64,000 bases of DNA. Source: Burkholderiaceae bacterium (GTDB taxonomy: Bacteria > Pseudomonadota > Gammaproteobacteria > Burkholderiales > Burkholderiaceae_E). Location: assembly GCA_040401595.1 (NCBI GenBank), contig JBBAOE010000003.1, forward strand, positions 139,459-203,458, given 5' to 3'. Made by a program: the position numbers and the translations under genes. Of this stretch, positions 8,959-15,929 are shown piece after piece; position 1 is the stretch's first letter; each line of letters begins with the position of its first letter. The notes below the pieces were generated by a model. That model had not been told where the DNA came from, ran no database searches, and saw nothing but the letters and a program-made list of their open reading frames with translations.

Positions 8959-10239
8959 ATGCCCGATGAAATCGCAGCTCTGTCCGTGGAATCCGATGGT
9001 GCGTCTGCGCGGCCCTTGCGGATCGCCTTCGTGACCGAGACCTACCCGCCCGAAGTCAATGGCGTGGCGATGACGCTGGCAGAACTCGTTCGACGCTTGC
9101 ACGCGCGACATCACCAGATTGAATTGATCCGGCCACGTCAGGGACATGAGGTTGCCGCACCGAAGTCCCCCGATTCCGATGGGGCGATCCTGGGTCATGG
9201 CCGGGCGCCCATTCGAGAAGTCCTGGTGCGTGGCATCCGGATTCCCCGCTACAGTCAGTTGAGGATGGGGCTACCCGCCAAAGGGGCATTGCTCCGGACA
9301 TGGACGACCCAACGTCCAGATGTCGTGCATATCGCGACCGAGGGGCCCTTGGGATGGTCAGCCCTGCAGGCTGCTCGAACCTTAAAGGTGCCGGTGAGCA
9401 CCGATTTCAGAACGAATTTTCATGCCTACAGTCGCCACTATGGGATGCGCTGGTTGCATAAGCCCATCATGGGGTACCTGCGCCAATTTCATAATCTCGC
9501 TCACAGGACTACGGTTCCGACCAAGACCTTGATGGGGGAGTTGTCGGCGTGCGGGTTCGAACGTCTGGTCGTGGTTGCCCGTGGGATTGATGCAGAGCGT
9601 TTTGATCCCCGACATCGCTGTATGGCACTGCGCCAGCGTTGGGGTCTGAGCCCGGATGATTTCGCAGTTCTGTATGTGGGTCGGCTGGCAGCTGAAAAAA
9701 ATCTCGAACTCCTCGCCCATGCCTTTGAAGCCATTGCAGTGGTGAACCCGCGGGCCCGCTTGATTCTGGTGGGCGACGGCCCGATGCGCTCGGCACTGCA
9801 GGCGCGTTTGCCGAACGCACTGTTCTGCGGGCAGCAGATGGGTCACGATCTTGCCCGCTGTTACGCCAGTGCCGACTTGTTTCTGTTCCCGAGTAAGACG
9901 GAAACGTTTGGGAATGTGACGGTCGAAGCGATGGCGAGCGGTTTGCCGGTGGTTGCTTTTGCAGACGGGGCTGCGCTCGAGTTGATCCGGCCCGGTCAGA
10001 ATGGCGCAAGCGTTGCGCTTGACGACGATGCGGGCTATGTCAGTGCGGCGACTCAACTTGCAGTGGACTCTGACGCCTGTCGGGCCCTGGGAGCAGTTGC
10101 ACGCGAGACAGCGTTACAACTTGATTGGGAGACGATCGTCGATCGTTTCGAAGTGGTGATTCGTTCTGCCGCTCACAGCGGGTTCGGGTCCGTTCCGACG
10201 GGAACGCTCAGTGCGCCCCGACCGATACCATCACGTTGA
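8959..10239 (+). CDS. GT4-family glycosyltransferase (Agt/SqdX-like glycolipid synthase candidate)
   Basis: The N-terminus reads RIAFVTETYPPEVNGVAMTL. The retaining GT-B motif is FPSKTETFGNVTVEAMASGLPVV (E-x7-E). Confidence 0.85.
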   Translation: MPDEIAALSVESDGASARPLRIAFVTETYPPEVNGVAMTLAELVRRLHARHHQIELIRPRQGHEVAAPKSPDSDGAILGHGRAPIREVLVRGIRIPRYSQLRMGLPAKGALLRTWTTQRPDVVHIATEGPLGWSALQAARTLKVPVSTDFRTNFHAYSRHYGMRWLHKPIMGYLRQFHNLAHRTTVPTKTLMGELSACGFERLVVVARGIDAERFDPRHRCMALRQRWGLSPDDFAVLYVGRLAAEKNLELLAHAFEAIAVVNPRARLILVGDGPMRSALQARLPNALFCGQQMGHDLARCYASADLFLFPSKTETFGNVTVEAMASGLPVVAFADGAALELIRPGQNGASVALDDDAGYVSAATQLAVDSDACRALGAVARETALQLDWETIVDRFEVVIRSAAHSGFGSVPTGTLSAPRPIPSR

Positions 10240-10678
10240 TGACGCCTGCGCGTTCGAATCTCAGACCCATCGAGTAGTTGCGGCCCCACTCCAATGGGGC
10301 TTTTAGACCCTTGAGTAGCAGATGGTATTCGCCGGCCTTGAACGCCATGTCGGCGCCTGCAAGCACCTGAATTGAAGATAGGGCTGGTGCACTGGCGTCC
10401 GGCCCACCGCGCAGTTCGACGCGGTCGGCCAGGGTGGTGTAGGCAGATAACAGACGATCATTTTTCGTGATGGATTCGAGAATCAGATAGATCGGTGCGT
10501 CGCGGGCTTGCGGCTCCGAGGCCTCGCCCCAGGGGTGCACGATGGTAAAACCGTCGGCGTAGTACTCGTGCGACTCGGCCGAGACTGCGGCCAGCGAGGC
10601 CAGAATCAACAATGCCAGTCGGGCACCGAGCCTAATCATGGGGTTCATCAAGGTCTTGGTAGCCATCGGAGAAGTCAT
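10208..10678 (-). CDS. Periplasmic PCu(A)C-like (DUF461-like) protein
   Basis: It has a Sec signal peptide (LASLAAVSA) and a small beta-rich mature part. YHLLLKGLKAPL is reminiscent of the PCuAC core, but the Met ligands are absent. ATG 10678 overlaps the upstream stop (ATGA). Confidence 0.45.
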   Translation of the reverse strand: MTSPMATKTLMNPMIRLGARLALLILASLAAVSAESHEYYADGFTIVHPWGEASEPQARDAPIYLILESITKNDRLLSAYTTLADRVELRGGPDASAPALSSIQVLAGADMAFKAGEYHLLLKGLKAPLEWGRNYSMGLRFERAGVINVMVSVGAH

Positions 10679-11298
10679 CCCGAAAATTGAATTGAATAGC
10701 CCCAGGAGTCCAGGCGCTGGGGGATCGCGTTAAACGCGAGCGTGACCCGCGTTGTGCCCTGGTTCACTGGTACTTCGTGCAGGAGAGAACTCGGGAACAG
10801 CACCAGATCGCCAGCGGCAGGCAAGGGACCCGCCCATTTCTCGGCGTTGAATGGACCTAGTTGGGTCTTGTCATGCATGTTGCTGAACACAAAATCGCGC
10901 CCGCCGAGACTGCGAATGAAGAGCGTATTCGCTGAGGCGTGGCATTCGCTCAGGTAGAGCACCCCAGAGATAAAGCAGTTCGCATGGTTGTGAACCGATT
11001 GCCGACCCCCGTGGCGCAGAACGTTGACCCACAATTCCTTGATGTGCCAGGTCAGAGGCTCACCGAACAGATGAATGCCAAACTCCACCAGTCTTGGCTG
11101 TAGGGTGACTGCAAGCTCTTCAAGGAGCTGGTCTCCACCCGGGTTCAGGATCGTGGTGTGGGTCAGTTCAGCCGATCGTGGATTTGCCTGAGCAGCCTCG
11201 GGTGCGAACCGCTCGCGCAGCGCAGTGACCCGCTCGGGCGCGACGGCCTTCTCCACACGCATGAATGGGGTCGGAAACAGCGGAATGATGTCGGGCAC
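10675..11298 (-). CDS. Putative 2OG-Fe(II) oxygenase-like protein (TIGR02466-type)
   Basis: Motifs: FPTPFM at the N-terminus, SVHNHANCFISGVLYL and LVLFPSSLLHEV. GTG start at 11298. Confidence 0.6.
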   Translation of the reverse strand: MPDIIPLFPTPFMRVEKAVAPERVTALRERFAPEAAQANPRSAELTHTTILNPGGDQLLEELAVTLQPRLVEFGIHLFGEPLTWHIKELWVNVLRHGGRQSVHNHANCFISGVLYLSECHASANTLFIRSLGGRDFVFSNMHDKTQLGPFNAEKWAGPLPAAGDLVLFPSSLLHEVPVNQGTTRVTLAFNAIPQRLDSWGYSIQFSG

Positions 11299-11361
11299 GA
11301 TCGGGGTTCGCTTCGTTGCTGTGGGCTAAGTTCTCAGGGATCGGTGATCCGTTTTCAGTGA

Positions 11362-12363
11362 TCAGGCCGGCCAGCCAACGATCACGGCGATTCGCGCCAA
11401 TGACCAGTAGGCGGCAATCGCCCCGATCCCGTAGAGCGCGGGCACTTTGAGTTGCGCCGCGAGTTTGGTGCGAACCAGCAGCAGGGTCAAACCCCAGGCC
11501 AGGGCCACCACCAGCAACTGGCCAGCCTCAACGCCCAGATTGAAGGTCAGTAGTGCCATCGAGACATGTTGTTCAGGCAGGCCAATTTCCTTCAAAGCGC
11601 CTGCGAACCCGAGACCATGAACAAGTCCAAATACAAAGGCAACCAGCGCCGGCCAGCGCCGGGTCCAGGTCTCGCGTTGGTAGAGCGCTTCGGCGCTGAC
11701 CAGGACGATCGACAGGGCAATCGAAGCCTCGACGGGCGGGGATCGCAGCACCAGGAGTCCGAGCGCACTGGCTGCAAGGGTCACGCTGTGTGCGAGCGTA
11801 AACGCCGTGATCGTCGCAATCAGGCGTTTACGAAATCCAACCAGAAACAAGAGGCTGATGACAAAGAGCAGATGATCGAAGCCGGTCAGGATATGTTCGA
11901 TCCCGAGTGAAAAATAGGCGGTAGCCACTTCGCTGCCGGCTCTCTCGTCCTTGGCGCTGCCAAAGAGCTGGACTTTGGGCTGTGCGCTCGTCAGAGTTAC
12001 CACTTGACGATCACCGCTTCGCCAATAGATCCGAACGATCGCGGCGGAATACGCTTTACCGACGCCCTGGATCGATAACATTCCGGCGAGCCCCTTGGGC
12101 CCACACTGGATCAGTTGTTGATCACCCGCGCACCCTTCGGGCCAGCTCGGGCTCAGATCCTCCCCGATCGGGCGGCCCCCCTTGCCGGCGGCGCCCCAGG
12201 ACCAGATGAACTGACCCGGTGCGACTTCGCGCATCGTCATTTCGGCCATGGTCAGCTCATGGGCGTGGGCCACTGAAACACCGAACCCTACCAGGGCGAC
12301 GAGGAGCATCAGGCGTTTCAGAAGCCATTGCGCCAGGGCGCTGAGCCCAGAGTTTGGCGCCAT
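11362..12363 (-). CDS. HupE/UreJ-like metal-transport membrane protein with an N-terminal periplasmic domain
   Basis: The signal peptide ends AHA|HE. The C-terminal half carries GFDHLLFVISLL, AFTLAHSVTLA and GLVHGLGFAG. ATG 12363 overlaps the upstream TGA by 1 nt. Confidence 0.7.
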   Translation of the reverse strand: MAPNSGLSALAQWLLKRLMLLVALVGFGVSVAHAHELTMAEMTMREVAPGQFIWSWGAAGKGGRPIGEDLSPSWPEGCAGDQQLIQCGPKGLAGMLSIQGVGKAYSAAIVRIYWRSGDRQVVTLTSAQPKVQLFGSAKDERAGSEVATAYFSLGIEHILTGFDHLLFVISLLFLVGFRKRLIATITAFTLAHSVTLAASALGLLVLRSPPVEASIALSIVLVSAEALYQRETWTRRWPALVAFVFGLVHGLGFAGALKEIGLPEQHVSMALLTFNLGVEAGQLLVVALAWGLTLLLVRTKLAAQLKVPALYGIGAIAAYWSLARIAVIVGWPA

Positions 12364-13241
12364 CAAGGCTTCACCTCTTCTTCGCGAATCTTGTACTTCT
12401 TACCCATTTCGCGAACCGCATTCGTACTGAGTTGGGCCATGGTGTCGTCGCGCCAATCCTGATAGATCGCGTCTTTGTTCTTGTCGAACTCGGCAGGCAC
12501 ACCAGGCTTGATTTCCTCTAGCTGTATCACCCGCAGCCCATCGGTACTTCCGATCAACTGCCAGACGCCAGGGGTCGACTTTTCAATGGCTTCGGTAAAC
12601 TCTGCCCCGTAGCTTTGCACCAGATTTTGCCGGGGGCGGTCCTTGAAGACCCGCAAGCTGCTTTCGGCGTCGATTTTCCCCTTGCCATTGAGCGCGGCAA
12701 CGAACTTCGTCAGGGCCTCAGGCGATCGATCACTGGTGACTACTGCTTCGAGAAAATTAAATCGTATTGGCGTGTCGTAGCGATCACGTTTGGATTCAAA
12801 CCATTTGCGAACGCCGGCTTCATCAATCTTGGGAAGGGTGAGTCCAGATTGGGTCACGCTCAGGGACTTGAAAATGATCCGGTCGCGGATTGCCGAATCG
12901 CCCCGGTCCAGACCCAGCGCCAGGCCTTCGCGATAGAGCACTTCGTTATCGACCCATCGATCCAGGAGTGTTTTCAGTTCGGCCTCGCTTGGCTCGCGCT
13001 TCAAGCCGCCGGTGAAAATGTCGTGGGCTTCTCTCTTGACCGATTTCGAGATCGTGATCGTTTGGGGGTCGTCCTTGTCAAGACTCAAGGTGTGGTCAAC
13101 GCCAAACACCAAAGCACCCAGCACCATAAAATGCAGCAAGGGTTCACGCAACATGCGGGACAGGGGGCCGTCTGTGCGGTTCGTCGAGGAGGCCGAAGCA
13201 GCACCTGGGACTGGGGCGTTTTGAGGATCCATGGAATTCAA
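12363..13241 (-). CDS. Membrane-anchored PpiC/SurA-like peptidyl-prolyl isomerase family protein
   Basis: EPLLHFMVLGALVFG forms an N-terminal anchor, and the rest resembles rotamase-type proteins that I recall as frequent neighbours of HupE-like genes (from memory). Alternative start is ATG 13232. Confidence 0.5.
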   Translation of the reverse strand: MNSMDPQNAPVPGAASASSTNRTDGPLSRMLREPLLHFMVLGALVFGVDHTLSLDKDDPQTITISKSVKREAHDIFTGGLKREPSEAELKTLLDRWVDNEVLYREGLALGLDRGDSAIRDRIIFKSLSVTQSGLTLPKIDEAGVRKWFESKRDRYDTPIRFNFLEAVVTSDRSPEALTKFVAALNGKGKIDAESSLRVFKDRPRQNLVQSYGAEFTEAIEKSTPGVWQLIGSTDGLRVIQLEEIKPGVPAEFDKNKDAIYQDWRDDTMAQLSTNAVREMGKKYKIREEEVKP

Positions 13242-13248
13242 CGAGGGT

Positions 13249-15915
13249 TCAGCGGGAGTTGGGGGATGGAGTCGGCCGGATCGCCGCCAGCGCGTTCAGG
13301 ACCTCACTGGCGACACCGGGTTCGTTACCCAGCAGGGACCGTGCAAGCGTGAACAGGGGATCGTACGCGGGCAGAAAATCGGGGCTTTGCTGGAGAATGT
13401 CCAATAAAGGCTCGCGTAATCGCAGGAGCATGTTTAGCGGGTCGGGATCGGGCCGCACTGTCAATCCCAATTCAATGTAGCGCGCCCGCGCCGACCCGTA
13501 GGCTTGCAGGCGTTGAAGCGTCTCCTCTGAGGCGTCACGCAAGACGCTATCGGGCTTCAGCTGCAGTTGATGGACGAGGGTCATCAGGCGGGTTCGTGGC
13601 GTTTCCGTAGGCGCATAGGTTTCCCACGGCGCATCATGAATCACGGCAGGCCGATCATCGGTGTTTGGCATGACCTGACCGGCGAACGCCCGCAGCTCCT
13701 CGGGTCCTGCAAGGATGCTGCCGAGAATGGCGTATTCGTCAACCACGCGCGCCTGTATCAGCGGCCGATGCAGCGCGGGGGCCGCTTTGAGCAGACTCGC
13801 CCGAACCCAGTCGGGATTCCAGCGCGGCTGATCCGGTCGCGAGAGCAAACCCAGCACGGGGGTGTCCAGACTGTTGCTCGCCAACACGGCGACCGCATCC
13901 GGATACACCTTCAAGAAGGCGGCAGTGATGCTGCGCACCGTCTGCAGGTTCATCTGATGGACCGCGAGCCACTGGCAAAATAATCCGCCGGGCGCTAGCT
14001 GTCGGCGAGCAGCTGCAAAATGCTCGACGGTATAGAGCGAGCCCGCGCCGCTGCGCGCCGGATGAAAGAGATCGGCAACGATGACGTCGTACTGTACCGG
14101 CGACGCCTGCACGTACCGTCGGGCATCGGCCGCGAGAATCTTCAGGGGCATGTCATCCCGCGCGGCGCTGGGTTTCGGCGCAAAGAACGCTGCAGCCTCA
14201 ATCACTTCGGGCAGCAACTCCACCGCAGTGACTTGCAAATCCGCGTTCAATGCGGCGGTCTGCGCCGTATGCCCTGTGCCAAGCCCTAGAAAGAGTGCGC
14301 TGCGTGGCGCCGGATGCAGCAGGATGGGTAGTTCAGCGAGCCGCACTTCCACCGGACTACGGGCACTGCTGCCTTCCTGAGTACGATTGTTGATCCGCAA
14401 GCGGGCGATGCCGCTTGGATCTTCAACGATGCTCACCGCTGCCATCGTGCCATCGCGATAACTCTGGAGCGTCGACCCCTCTGGCATGTCGACGAATCGC
14501 AGGGGCGACGCCCAGAGGCCAACTGCTATCGCTGCCAGTGCAGACAACGCGACGCGAGGCTGGAACCAATTGATTCTCGAATGTAGCGCGAGATAAGCGC
14601 CGATGATGATGCTCAAGATCCATTTCGGCCCAACCAGGGGGATCAGGCCGACGCCAAACAGGAGCGGTGCGCAGGCAGCCCCGGTGGTGTTGACAGCGAG
14701 CGCTCGCCCGAGCGGCCAGGACTGCGCTTGAGCGCGCTGGCACAGATGGGTGAAGAGCGCGCCCATGATCAGGGTCGGGGCCAACATCGCGGCGACCGCC
14801 GTCAAGGCCTCACCGGTCAGTGCAGTGAGCGCGCTCGCGCCAAAGGTACGTGCCGGCCATGCGCAGATGACATCCGCCCACCACAGCGTTGCGCCGCCCA
14901 ACAAAATCGCGGCGGCGAGGCCTTGAATCAGCGTGCTCTCGGTGGCGTCGTTTGCTGGTGGTTTGCGCGCTTGCAGGAGGGCAGCGCCCAGTGCAGTCCC
15001 CAGCAAATAAACCGCCAGCAAGAGTGCGTAGCTGTAGACCGTATTTTCGGTGACCTGGCTCAGAACGCGCACCGCGAGCACTTCGTAACCGATGCCGAGT
15101 AGCCCGGTGAAGAACAGGACTCGGCCAATGACCGGATGCTGGGTGTCTGCGCCCGGCGTCATCGCATTGCGTGCTGTGGTTTGATCCTTTGCAGGGGTGG
15201 CCATAGCCTCCAGTGGCGTTCGCCAGAGCGACAAGGCCAGTACAGCGCAAGCTGCATTGATCGCGCTGCACACCCAAGCGGTTTGTTGCAGTCCGAGCGT
15301 CGGCATAGCCACAAACACGACCGCCAAGACACCCAGTACCGCACCGAGGGTGTTCGCGGCATACAGCCCGCCGAGTCGACTCGCGGCGCCCGATAGTTGA
15401 CGCTCAATCGCGGGTAGCGTTGCACCCATCGCAGCGGTTGCCGGCAGCAGCAGCAGCATGGGAAAGCCAAACGCGAGGCACCAGTGCCAGAGGCTCGAAG
15501 GCTGCGCGCCGATCATTGCGTGGGTGGTGTGATTGAACCAGGGCAATAGGGCTGTCAGGACCAGCCCCCACAGCGCGATGAGTGTCTCAAGGGCGGCGTA
15601 CCAACGGCCCGGGACCCGACTGGCGGCAATCGATCGCCCCAACACAAAGGCGCCGATTGCCAGTCCGCCGAAGAACGCAGCAAGAACGGCGAGCACGGCA
15701 ATGATCTCGTGCCCCAGTGCTGTCGCCAGTTGCGCGCTCCAGAGCATTTGCCAGGCAAGCGACACGGCGCCCGAGAGCGCCATCAATAGGTAAGGCAACA
15801 GAGGACCTTTCAGCGCAGTGAGTCGACGCGTTGAGTAAGCGATCGACGAAAACGAAAAACCGGCCGCAGGGCCGGTGGTCAGGCCATGGTCACGAGCCCG
15901 AAGGCCCGTAACCAT
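13249..15915 (-). CDS. Fused polytopic membrane domain / spermidine-synthase-like aminopropyltransferase fold protein
   Basis: The 888-aa protein has an N-terminal half of about 450 aa that is highly hydrophobic. The C-terminal half carries LFLGLGTGHT, YDVIVADLFHP and GGLFCQW (SpeE-like SAM fold), followed by a helical repeat-like tail. Confidence 0.75.
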   Translation of the reverse strand: MVTGLRARDHGLTTGPAAGFSFSSIAYSTRRLTALKGPLLPYLLMALSGAVSLAWQMLWSAQLATALGHEIIAVLAVLAAFFGGLAIGAFVLGRSIAASRVPGRWYAALETLIALWGLVLTALLPWFNHTTHAMIGAQPSSLWHWCLAFGFPMLLLLPATAAMGATLPAIERQLSGAASRLGGLYAANTLGAVLGVLAVVFVAMPTLGLQQTAWVCSAINAACAVLALSLWRTPLEAMATPAKDQTTARNAMTPGADTQHPVIGRVLFFTGLLGIGYEVLAVRVLSQVTENTVYSYALLLAVYLLGTALGAALLQARKPPANDATESTLIQGLAAAILLGGATLWWADVICAWPARTFGASALTALTGEALTAVAAMLAPTLIMGALFTHLCQRAQAQSWPLGRALAVNTTGAACAPLLFGVGLIPLVGPKWILSIIIGAYLALHSRINWFQPRVALSALAAIAVGLWASPLRFVDMPEGSTLQSYRDGTMAAVSIVEDPSGIARLRINNRTQEGSSARSPVEVRLAELPILLHPAPRSALFLGLGTGHTAQTAALNADLQVTAVELLPEVIEAAAFFAPKPSAARDDMPLKILAADARRYVQASPVQYDVIVADLFHPARSGAGSLYTVEHFAAARRQLAPGGLFCQWLAVHQMNLQTVRSITAAFLKVYPDAVAVLASNSLDTPVLGLLSRPDQPRWNPDWVRASLLKAAPALHRPLIQARVVDEYAILGSILAGPEELRAFAGQVMPNTDDRPAVIHDAPWETYAPTETPRTRLMTLVHQLQLKPDSVLRDASEETLQRLQAYGSARARYIELGLTVRPDPDPLNMLLRLREPLLDILQQSPDFLPAYDPLFTLARSLLGNEPGVASEVLNALAAIRPTPSPNSR

Positions 15916-15929
15916 GTTCGCGGGTCAGA

